From NCBI GenBank assembly GCA_017499595.2, contig CM039001.1, forward strand, positions 1,426,001 through 1,490,000: DNA of 64,000 bases, written 5' to 3'. The position numbers were made by a program, and so were the translations under genes. Positions 13,414-24,789 of this stretch are shown here, piece after piece. The notes beneath the pieces are model-generated. The model was not told where the DNA came from. It saw only the letters and a list, made by a program, of their open reading frames with translations, and searched no databases. The DNA is from Psilocybe cubensis. Its lineage: Eukaryota. Positions within the stretch are counted from its first letter, which is position 1; each line of letters opens with the position of its first letter.

Positions 13414-14296
13414 CATACTGCCTGTCCTTATTCATTAAATTAACTTATGAAAAGAGTGTTGGGATAATTCATATTGACGAATGACTTTGAAATATCTTTA
13501 ATTTCATCTCTTAGCTCACGATCTGTGTCAATAATTCTTACTGATATGAGTGGGTAATTTGGACAATTCCAGGGAAGAAAATTGTTCCAAAAAGATGAAT
13601 CATGGTATTTAAGATGACACTTTGTTGAACAAAATTTGTAATGAAAACGCGATTGCTTTCATATCATAGAGCTTTTATGCAACACCGTTTCAGATGAATG
13701 AGAGCGTTTTACATCCACGTTTTTACGCCTACATTAGCAATATATGCTCTTCTCATTCTCAATTAATACGACCTGACTGGCGGCGTCTTGTAGTAACTCG
13801 GAAATTTAGATTGTTTCGTATTGAGACACCCCACTGGCTATTATGTTTTGATGCATTTCAAGACATATAAGAGTATTTCAAGCTTACTCGTGCATTTAAT
13901 CACACAAACTCTTTCCAAAAATGTGTTTCATATCAGCCTCGCAGGAACATGCAGGTTATCATGAGGTTGGATTAAAGAGTCATAACTGTTCTGGCAGAGT
14001 ACTTTCGATCAGGAGCCAAACACCGCGGCCCCATTTCGCGTGTCGCTAGTATTTAAATAGCTTATGAGATGCATGGCTTTAATAAATTATTTCTTCATAA
14101 CACTGTTCTGCTGTGGTTTCCGTTATAACGATCACACTTACTTCGCACTCTCGCCATTGTGTACAGCCACCGTATGGGCGTCTATTTGGGGATCGCGCCA
14201 TCAATTTCATATTTAGAAGATGACGTCACCCTTGAAGACAATGTGCCAAACCAACGCCAAACAGGTTCTGCTGGCAAACCTTTGCAACACTTGCAC

Positions 14297-14749
14297 ATGT
14301 CACCGACACGATTACAACTACTTATTGCTGCTCAGAAATTTTGCGAATCCTTCGCCGAAAAAAAGAGCATTGATGAAATTCTAGCACACTTTTCCACCAC
14401 ACATGAAATCTCCGTCATTGAATACGGTGCCCCTATACTCGCCCCATTCCTTGGACGACCATTTGTAGGAAGTCAGGCCGTGAAACAGTACTTCGACCTT
14501 ATCTCATCGCTGCTTAGCTACAAGGAAATGGCATTCTCAGAGTACGTTGTGGATACAGAGGTTCTCAAGGCGTCTGTGAAGGGAAGAGCCGAATTCACCT
14601 GGTTAAACACATGCCAATCGTGGAATGAGACATTCACCTATACTTTGGATTTTGATGAAGAGGCAAAGATTACTCGTTATCAAGTATGGGCAGACTCTGG
14701 ATCAGCCTATTTGGCAAGTCATGGGCGACTAAACAAACCGGAGACATAA
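14297..14749 (+). CDS. NTF2-like/SnoaL-like fold protein (150 aa)
   Basis: Intronless ORF. The pattern 'ILAHFS...EYG...APFLGRPFVG...VKQYF...SVKGRAEFTW...SWNETFTYTLDFDEEAKITRYQVWADSGSAYLA' is typical of small SnoaL-like proteins. Confidence 0.75.
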   Translation: MSPTRLQLLIAAQKFCESFAEKKSIDEILAHFSTTHEISVIEYGAPILAPFLGRPFVGSQAVKQYFDLISSLLSYKEMAFSEYVVDTEVLKASVKGRAEFTWLNTCQSWNETFTYTLDFDEEAKITRYQVWADSGSAYLASHGRLNKPET

Positions 14750-15087
14750 GGTAAGTAGCTTCATGCCAATGTAATGGTATGAGGAAGGACACAAGTTTAA
14801 TGACATGTTATGTGGGCCACAGAGATGAACGGCTAGTAACGGATTTCAAAATTTTGATGGTAGTAGATGTAGTTACATGTCACCTACACCAGGTTCAAAT
14901 AACGTGTCTTAAATCTAGTGTTCTCCTCTACGAAATTGACGATGAGGAAAAGGGGTTAATGAGAGAACCAGGTCCTCCCCCTCTCATTCTTAAACTTAAT
15001 TTTAGACCTCTTTCAGTCCACAATCAAATATGTCGCACGCACACGAAAGGGGCCTAACTCGAAAGGAGATTGGATTCACCATAAAGC

Positions 15088-15982
15088 ATGTTTGAAGCGG
15101 TGGAGTCAAACATCATTCGTTCTTCTCCAATCCACTCCACCGAGAAACAATTTGCTGGCAAAATGTTGTTCAAATCAGTGAGTTTCTAAAAATTACTGAT
15201 CTTTTTTTACATATACTCATCTCGGCCTAAAGACTTTCGAATATTCTCACATTGCAGTCGACGGGATCGATCACAATGTGGTTGCTGAGCTGTGCTCCTC
15301 CAAATTTCTAAACAACCCATTCGCAAAGTCCAAATATCAAAATATCAAGAACGATCCTTCGGGAAAGGCCATCCTTACGAAACGCATCGCGAACATTATT
15401 CGACGCTCTAAATACAGCGTCAATGTCGCAATTTCGGCTTTGATCCTCGTAGAGCGTTTTCATGAAGCCATCATTGCGAAGAAAATACCCTTTTCCCAAG
15501 AAGTAGAGGATGCTGGTCACCTTTTCTTTATCGCCTACATGGTAGCCGCCAAAGTCGTTTGCGACAACTATCCTTTCATATGTTTTTGGAGACAAGTCTC
15601 CAACTATGAATATTCAGGAGACGACATCACTCGCATGGAGTTCCAGTTCTACGACGTCGTGGGATGGAAAGTTCAAATCGACGCAAAAGCCTTCAACCGC
15701 GGGTTAATCGGAATGAAGGAGTCGTATTCCAACCAAATTGGGTACAAGTTGCCATCCGCACCTGCCCCTGTGTATCGGAGGCTGCAAAAAAATCAAACCG
15801 CTCGAACCATAACGAAAATTGGCCGGGAGGAATATATACCTAATCCGATTCTGGAGGAGGAGAATAATGAGGTGCTTCTTGTGCAAGCGTCACCGGTGAC
15901 TAAGTACCGAGGAGAGGATGACCCTTTTGAACACCAAGTAGAGTTTTTTCACATTGTTTTACAAGCGACCCAATTTCCTTGA
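15088..15982 (+). CDS. Divergent Pho80/Pcl-family cyclin-like protein
   Basis: ATG at 15088, intron 15178-15231. Cyclin-box-like helices: IIRRSKYSVNVAISALILVERF, LFFIAYMVAAKVVCDN, W...DITRMEFQFYDVVGWKVQI. Confidence 0.75.
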
Positions 15983-16882
15983 TATATCGTAAATTTACAT
16001 TAGTACCTGCCAATGTTCAATCTGCGCAAATAATACATGATGTGATACCATTTTTATCGCAGTTTTTGGACTGAATTGACAGCGTGTACGATGACAGACT
16101 TATCCTGAAGAATCGTATGTGCCAATTGAAAAAGCTATTTTCATAGTCTCAAAAATAGAACCAAGATGGTTATTTTGAGTGGCAAATGAGCGATCCGGGG
16201 CAAATAGGGTATAAAAATACAAAAAGCCTTTGCTTCTGTAGTATATAGACTCCAGGACATTGCGTCCAGATGGTAGAGAAGCGGCCCTCCGTAAAGCAGG
16301 TGGCATATGGCCTACGGTGTTGACTGTCAAAGTGAGCGCCATCGATGCCGAAGGTAAGTGATTGAAACCCCGACGAGAGTGCCCGAATAGAGGCGAACCT
16401 AATCCAAACCTGATTTGGCGTTTCTTACCCTTTATGCCCACAAGGTCGTTCCATGTTTCTGGAAGACGAGTTAATTTTACCACAGACCTACGAGATCCTC
16501 ATTGGATGTGTCGACAGATTTCCTCTTTCGATCTTCCTATCTGCCCACAGTCCACCACTGTGCTCAATGATTCTATCTACTGTGATCTTTGTCGGATTGG
16601 CGTTGACCGGATTGAACTCCTGCATTTCAAAAACACAGATTGCCCAATTGAAATGCATGTGCATTATGCAAACAGTATCGTAAGGCAAAGGTTGGAGATT
16701 CATCATCTCAACAGTACAGCTTTTCGAAAAGGCCTATTAATACCTGGAGTCTTCAAGAAGCCGTCGTGGGATGGGCTCATGTGGGTTGATTATCCCCCAT
16801 AGATTGCGAGGGCGAGAGTATAAAGCTAGGAATCTCGTTGACATTATTTCCAGGTGGGCGACCCCAACACCTTATTTCATCC

Positions 16883-19446
16883 ATGCGCTCATTCTCGTAC
16901 GTCGCTTTACTTACCTCCTGCTTAGTGGGAAAATCTTTAGTGGGAGCACTTCCTTCGAGAGACTATGCATATAGTATCAAGGAGGAGATAGACTTGCCAG
17001 GAGGTTGGGTCAAGCATGGCGACCCGCCTGCGAACCACAACATTGTGCTTCGCATTGCTCTTCCTCAGCCAAATTTCCACGTCTTGGAACAACATCTATA
17101 CGAGATCAGCGATCCTGACCACGAACGTTACGGCCAGCACCTCTCTAAAGAGGAGGTCGAGGAACTAGTTGCTCCTCACTCTGAGTCTTTGGATCTTGTG
17201 AACGAATGGATCTCGTCTTTTGGCCTTACCGAAGACGACCTTGTTCGTTCGCCAGCAAAGGACTGGGTTACACTCAAGCTGCCAGTGTCTTTGGTAGAAA
17301 AGATGCTCGATACTGTGAGTCTTTTAACCAGTCTACATCGATTTGGACAATTCAGTATATCGTTCGACTTCAACAGAAATACTACGTTTGGCAACACGCA
17401 CAAAGCGGCGATTATCTAGTTAGGACAACAAGCTACAGTCTCCCTTCTCATCTTCATGACCATGTTGATACAATCCAACCCACAACATCGTTCGGTCGAT
17501 TCAGGAAAGAAAGGTCGACCATTTTCAGCGCCACCCCTATAAAAGAGGTTGCAGCTTCCAAAAGTGAACCTGTCCATGATCCTGCTTCCGGTGTCACTGT
17601 AGATGCCAGTTGTAACCAGACTATAACAATTAGCTGCTTGCAGCAAATGTATAATGCTGTCGGTTTTACGCCATCTGCTAAAGGAAACTCCATTGGTATA
17701 ACTGGGTATCTAGTAAGATCTTCTTCCACTGGCATCTTCCACTACACGTCGATTCCTTACAAACTGTTATTTAGGAACAATTCGCCAACTTCGCAGATCT
17801 CCAGTTGTTTTTCCAAGATCAACGACCCGACGCTGTGAACTCATCCTTCAAAGTGGTATCTGTGGCAGGAGGCTTAAATAATCAAACGCGCGACGAAGCC
17901 GGTGACGAAGCAGACCTTGATGTTGAGTATGCATTCGGACTTTCTCATCCAGTTCCGGTGAGAATTGAATGCATAAATTCAATGGGTTCTCTTTTAATGA
18001 AACAAAACTGTACATAGGGGACTTTTTTCACTACAGCAGGCAGGCCACCATTCATCCCTGACTCTGGCGAAACTGTGGATGATAACGAGTGAGTTCTACA
18101 TACATTGTAAGCTTTGCTGCATTCTAAGGGACTTCAAGGCCATATACTACCTGGCTGGAGTTCGTTTTATCACAAAAGGAGATTCCTCTTGCTATTTCGA
18201 CTAGTTATGGAGATGATGAACAAACTGGTTAGTTGCTTGATTTTGTTATTAATGATCATTTCTGACATCTTGACCAAGTCCCGAAGAACTTTGCCCTGCG
18301 TGTATGTGCCGAATTCGCTCAGCTTGGTAAGACATTGCACATATTTCTGTATCTTCTAACTAACTAACGTTGTTGAACGGAAAGGTGCTCGTGGAGTGTC
18401 TGTTATGTTCTCTTCTGGAGATGGAGGTGTCGGGGATGGCGATCCGAATCCTGCCACCCAAAATTGCTTCACCAACGACGGGAAGAATAGGACAGCTTTC
18501 ATTCCCGGATTCCCTGCTTCGTATGTGTTCTCAGATCATCACTCCCCATCAGAGTTAAAAATAACTGTGACATTTTAGTTGCCCTTTGTAAGTAGGAGTT
18601 GCACGACACCCGTTTATGATGCTCATGAAGTTCTAGCGTAACTGCCGTCGGCGGTACCACCCATTTCCCTGAAACTGCGGTGACCCGATTCTTCTCTGGA
18701 GGAGGGTTCAGCAACTACGTCGGTTTCTTATCACTTATGAAAAGTCAATATGTTGATCACCTCTAATTCAGTTCGCTCGCCCACCATACCAAGAGAAGGT
18801 CGTCCCCGCTTATTTGAAGAATTCTCTTCCCAAAGGAACCTATGCTGGACTTTTCAATCCGTGCGTTCTATCTTATATTTTAAGAAAAGAAACCGGTTGA
18901 TGACAGTTTTTGCTTAGCAATGGGCGAGTAAGTCCAGATGTCCCGATATTTGATGGAAAGATGATCTAATTTTTCGTCATTTTCTCATCATACAGGCAAT
19001 TCCAGATGTCGCAGCACAAGGAGATCTATTCAAAGTATTCATCGAGGGACAGGCTTTCCTTATTGGAGGCACCTCAGCATCCAGCCCAACTTTCACTGGT
19101 TTTGTAGCTTTGCTCAACGATGTCCGACTCAAAGCTGGCCGCCCGCCCCTGGGATTCCTGAACCCTTTCATCTATTCCAAAGGTTTCCTTGGTCTGAACG
19201 ACATTACAGTTGGCCACAACTCTGGTTGCGGTACACCAGGTTTCAATGTGGGTAATCGATTCATTGATACACACCGTAGTTGCTAATTTTGCGACCTTTG
19301 GCAGACGTCCAAAGGTTGGGATCCAGGTATGGGTGTTTATAACCTTTTCCCACCGCTGCGTGATCTTCTGACTCCGTACTCCTCAAGTTACTGGCTTCGG
19401 TACCCCAAATTTCGGGATACTCAAGGAACTAGTTTTGGAACTGTAA
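16883..19446 (+). CDS. Secreted tripeptidyl peptidase / sedolisin (MEROPS S53) with prodomain
   Basis: Signal peptide [10 protein letters not shown]; prodomain [21 protein letters not shown]; catalytic EADLD, oxyanion SSGDGG, nucleophile GGTSASSP; Ca-binding GWDPVTGFGTP. TATA at about 16819. Confidence 0.96.
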
Positions 19447-19515
19447 CCGATAACGACGGTTAATGGATATATTACAAATGCTAGTACACTGTCCTGGTAG
19501 AAATGAAAGAAAATT

Positions 19516-20771
19516 TTATTTTCGCATTCTTTTCTTGAAGCGTTCCATTACCTGCCCAAGACGTTATTATTAGCCCAAAGAAAAATCCGAGCAAACATAC
19601 AAGTTCATCGGTGGCCATTTGTGCCCTGTCGTTGTTGGACCGCCGAGGTGAGTCATCCTGGGGAGGCATACCCATAGCCTCCAATTTAGCATCCCTGAGA
19701 ATGTCAGCATCGGATTTTGCTCGTGCGTTGGGCCGGTAGACTAGGATAGTAAGAAACTGTGAAGAGCTGAATCAACAGGATATGACTTACAGCGAGAAGA
19801 AATGAGATGTTCCTCGTCTTTATTCACTTTCTTACGGTCTTGACGTTCCTCTGCCACCACCCTCTTCGCTTTCTCTGTATCCTCAATATTCTTCAGTCGA
19901 GCACTAAAGAACAGAGTTCATGGTCAATACATGGCTGGAGTGACCAAGAAATGTACGCACTCCATGCCCAAGTCGACTTCTGGTATAGCAGTAAGCATCG
20001 TCAAACTGTTCGTCACACTACCAACGTCCGTCGTGGGCTTTTGCTTCTCAACTTTCCATCGATCAGCAATGTTGTACAGTGCTTCTTGTGGATCTATTGG
20101 TCGTTTATCTTCGTCGTCCGACTCTTCTCGTGGTTTACTTCGTATTTTGAGGTTTTCCTCAATATACGCCATCCTGAGGAATAATGGAATAGGTGTAAGT
20201 TTGTTCAGTCATGGATATGGTCCACTAGGTAAGGACGCACATATGTTTGTCGACATCTAGGGTGTTTGTCTGTTGGGTAAAGTTATTTGAACGAATGACT
20301 CTTCGTGTGCGTGCTTCCGTATCCTCTTCTTCACTATTTGCAAGACCGTCAATAGGCCAGTAAAAATGACATAGAGGCAAGAGAAAAAGAGACATACTCT
20401 TCATCGTCGTGACCACCTCCCTTCCTCAAACCACCCTGCTCTCCTTCGTCGCGAGGCCGCTTTTTCTTTTTCTTCAAGTCACCTTTATTCAGTTTGGCAA
20501 CATCAATACCTTCGCGAGCCTTTCGAAGCTTTCGCAGCTCGATCAGTTCAGCCAGACTACAAGTACCACAACAAACATAGCTCATTAGTTAATCTTGCAG
20601 GTTCCACGTTTGAGATTTGGAGGCGAACGACACTCACGCAAGTTTAGCCTCTTCGGTCTCTATTACAGTCACCTCCTCTTCCTCCATTTCAATTGATAAC
20701 TGACGCACCCGCGGCTGAGGGCGACTGCGTTTCTTTATGACTGGAACATCAGTAGTAGTGGTTGTGCTCAT
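19516..20771 (-). CDS. Tls1/C9orf78 (HCA59-domain) spliceosome-associated protein
   Basis: LIELRKLRKAREGID, NNFTQQTNTLDVDKHMMAYIEENL, MLTAIPEVDLGM, RLKNIEDTEKAKR, ATDELVMERFKKRMRK*. Confidence 0.88.
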
Positions 20772-21110
20772 AGGGATCTAACGAATGTGGCTGTGCTTAT
20801 TTCAGCTCTAATCTTGGTGTTTCCAGATTGAATGGATTTCAAATTGACATTGGTTCAATGTTCGGTCTTCATGAAGGTGTCAACGATAAACAAGAAACAC
20901 ACTACATTCCAGTCTTGCCTATCGTATATATAAGAAAATGCAACCGGATTACAAATCGTGAAAACAGCTAGTACAACATATTCCCAAATCAACTGGTATA
21001 GGTGGTTTATACTCGTACAACTGACAAATGGTTTTTCTGTATTCAAAGAGGAAAAAGAGAAGCCAAAAAAAAGTCCGCATAAAATGAATCGTTTACGTCG
21101 GTAGAGATAT

Positions 21111-22519
21111 CTAAGCAGCATTCTCGTTTTCTGAGGATCCTGGAGTAGGATAAGCGATTGGCTCCTCGGGTACAGGTATTGAAGAGCTTTCGGTGTTTTG
21201 GAGAGTTGGGGCAGGTGCCGGGGTTGTACTCTCAGCAGGGGCAGTCGGAGGAGGAGGGGTAGCAATGATGACGGGTGACGCATGGCGGGATAGCATGGAT
21301 TCCGGCGGGCGAATGCCACCACGGCGCAGCCTGGGTGCCCTGAGTAAATTCTCTGTCTCTTCACGGCTCTCAACCTCTGGGGAAAGTCGGGGCTCGGGAG
21401 GGTCATAGTCATACCAGGTGGCGACATTTGGAGGCTCAACAAAGTAATGCATGGGCTCATCTGAGTCCGGGCTCAAAGAGTCAGAAAGTTCGGACCACGC
21501 CGGGTTTGTGGACGGCTGGTGACGGCGAGAGCGGGGGAAAGGAAAGAACCGACGGAGTGTCTGCGATGATGATCCTTCTCTGGGCTCAGTAACAGTCTCC
21601 GTAACATCAAGACGGGAGACCAGTGCATTCCTGGTCGCCAGGCGGCGACGGGTGGTGTAATCGTTGAAATCAACCAGTCTTGTCCTGGGTGGCGAGCGGC
21701 GGATGGACGGTTGTCGAGTGAGGGCAGTTGCGGGTGCCACTGTTGAAGAACTGGAACCAGTGGCAGCCCATGGATTCGGGGGGAGGGGCCACTCGTCGGA
21801 AACAGGAGAAGGGCTTGCTGTAATCCTACGAGTAGACGCAGGAGGCCAAACATTTGCATGGAACTCTGCATGCATTGGATTCAGCCTAGCAGATTCGGGA
21901 TCTGAGCCCCCTGGTAGAGGCATGGTTTCTACAAAATCGTCGTCGTCGTCTTCCATATCCAATTCATTTGGAGAGGCGGTGAAGTATTCGGCAAGGTTGA
22001 TCCCTCTACGACTATGGCTGCGTCCGGGAATACGACTTGGGTAGCTTCGGGCATGTCTAGATAGTTGGCGTAGAGTAGTAATGGTGCGCTCCGACAGGAA
22101 CTTGCGATCGCTGAAGGGACGCGTGTGTCTATCAGCGATTTCCTAGGGCGACAAAAGGCTCAGCATGATCAAGCTAGGGAAATATGGGCGGCTCACTTTG
22201 ACAAGGACATCGATGATTGACGTTGTGAAGGAGTCTCCGGCGTCCAATTCATGGACGAAATTCTCATATGTAATTGAAGGCTCCTTCTCGACAGATGCTC
22301 GGCGGATGGCTCCAGAGCTATCGGGGAAGAATAGGTGTCAAGATGAGTGCTGGGAGATTGCTATGGAAAGATTGCGTACACCATGCTGGATATTTTTGAA
22401 TGTAAAATGTCTTCGACATAGTTGGGCGTCCTGGAGGGTTGATGGGGGTCAGCGGGGTCCAAGTGGGTAGAGACAACAGTGGCATGATAAGAAAGCGACG
22501 AAACGCACCATTTTCCCAT
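21111..22519 (-). CDS. Hypothetical protein (helical N-terminal domain, disordered Pro/Arg/Ser-rich C-terminus)
   Basis: MGKW|TPNYVEDILHSKISSMV|SGAIRRASVEKEPSITYENFV...LVK|EIADR joins the 21111..21962 ORF through canonical introns. Confidence 0.75.
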
Positions 22520-22753
22520 TTTTGAGGATAGAGAGGAGCTAAGAGGATAAAAAGAAAAGGGTAGGCGATAGAGGAGTCGTTGGACGACTTGGCCGTGCTT
22601 GAACACTGGACGGGCCATTGTCTGTCTTCTCACACACCCAGCCAAACATCGCCAAACATAATTGTGGCGCACTGCCAATGCACTGCATTCATAATTGCCT
22701 ATGCAAAAGCTATCTAGATCCTGCTAACAGTACAACGACGACGCAACAAGCTC

Positions 22754-24695
22754 TCAGCTTTCCTCCGGTACATTGCTGTTGCCGTTGGGTTTCGCAGGGC
22801 TGCTCCGTGTCGACCCTCCCGTGCCTCGGTCCTTCGTGCTGAGCAAACTCTGGAAAAAGTTCTGGAGCACTTCGTGCTGCGATGCCCCTCCACTTCCAGA
22901 CGGCGATGTTGCACTACCCGATGGCGACACTGGCGACCGAGATGCGGAAAGACTGCCTGCCGTGGACGTGCCCAGTGCCGAAAGGCCAGTAGCACGACCG
23001 CCTGCCGTTGGTCCTGTTCGACTGGCGGCAGCAAGTCGTCTCGCAGCATCAGAACCTAGATTTGTCGTAATGCCAATACCGCCCACACCCGTCTCCATCT
23101 CACTGAGCGCTCGCTCAACGTTCGGGAGACTGAAGCTGCTGCTTCCCAAGGGACCAACGATGCCTGCAGCAGCGCCAGCAAAGTCCTGAGGATTTCTGAA
23201 GGCACCGCGAGGGTCTCTGTCTCCCTTCTTGGAGTTTTCGTCGTAGTTCTTTGCAAGGAAAGCTTGCTCGGGTGTCGGATTGTTGAAAGGCGGCAAAGGA
23301 GGAGGCTAGTAAAATGACAAAATCATCATGAATAAATGTTGTGCTTTGAAAAGCAAGTCGTCTTACTTTGGATCCCTGGTCGGGGACAAGGTTCGCATAG
23401 GCTTTCTTGGCCCCAGTTTCCTCACCCTGTTCGTCTTCAGTATCTAAATCACGCTCCCAAGCCTCTCCCCACATTTTGGCATCGAATCCGTCCCTCAGCA
23501 CCGATATCTTACCCCAACTATCCCATCCAGCGGGGACGACAATGCGGTCGCGGTCCAGCGTATTAGGTTTCTGGTTAAAAGGAAATATGTTCCGTACAGG
23601 CGCCTGTACCTCTGTCGATGCTGCCATCGCAGGCGACGGAGCTGGTGGCATAAACAACAAGTGCAGGGCATACTGCCGTAGAACCTGCAGGTTGGCGGGT
23701 TGTGGGGTGGTATAAAATAGCGCTGCCCCATCTTAAAATTTCATCTGTATGAACATTGATCGAAATATACAGGTGGATGGAATTAACTCACACTTCAAAC
23801 AGATAGTCCGAAGAACTTGCATGACGCCGTCGGTCTGTTCTTCCCATTCTCCTCCTTTTCCCTTCACCATGCTTCCCATCCCAGAAGTTCCGGCAACCAT
23901 GTCGTTTCCATCGTCAATTAGGTCTGCTTTTGTGCATGCAACGATGATGGGTACACCGGCAGAGTTATGTGTTAATGTACCGGGACCAAGGGGTAGAATA
24001 GTATTTGAAAGCGTAGAGTTTGAGGGTATCGAGTCGGAAGAAGATTCAGTGTAATGTTGTAAATGCGACTGTACTAAAACAAAGAAAAAAAACGCAGTTT
24101 CAATCAACATTCAGAGAAATAATGGTGAAAAGTAAGGGAATTTACGCCGTTCTCGACTTTCTTCGCGTATAATTTCGAGTTCTCGAGAACCGTCTCCTTT
24201 AGACCAGGCTTCGACCCAGGACAGCCAAGTTTCCAGCTCCTCCACAAAGGTCCACGGACGTGTCCAGTCTAATGTGATAATTACAAGCGTTTGCAGCAGG
24301 GCCGTACGTGGAGGCAAAAAGTGTGGAAGCAACGCAGTATATGACGAGGCAGAAGAGGGCACAGTGTACACAGACAGTCGCGCCAACGTGTCTATAATCT
24401 ATCCTTGAGAATCCAGACAAGACAAGAAAAGCAAAAACTAGCCTTCGTCTGCCTCATCACGAACATCAGCAAAGTCGTAGCCGATGGCAAAGTCTGACCG
24501 CTGGTCGACCTTCTGCTCGTCGGACACAGGCTTTTGGAGGAGGGCCGAGGCGATGGTGGACTTGCCAGACGACGGCTGGCCAAGGAGAAGTATCTGTTTT
24601 GCGGGAATTGAGCGCGACGAGGACACAGAGTCAAGAATGGAGGACCAGAGGTCCTGGGGAGGGGCCTCTGGGGTGGAAGAGCGCGACATGTCCAT
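22754..24695 (-). CDS. Cytoplasmic dynein light intermediate chain (DLIC)
   Basis: DLWSSILDSV, P-loop-like GQPSSGKST, LDWTRPW, PIIVACTKADL, QVLRTICLK, DRDRIVVPAGWDSWGKI, C-terminal VLQNFFQSLL helix. Confidence 0.95.
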
Positions 24696-24789
24696 GCTTA
24701 GGAGACAAGCTACAAGGCCGAGTCGTGACTTGTTTCGTTGTAGTGATCAAAATATGATTTCAGATCCCGACTCCTTAACGCGTCTTATC

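Noticed and set aside
13440..14150. AT-rich stretch as a possible transposon relic
   Set aside because: No terminal repeats, target-site duplication or transposase/RT fragments could be recognised.
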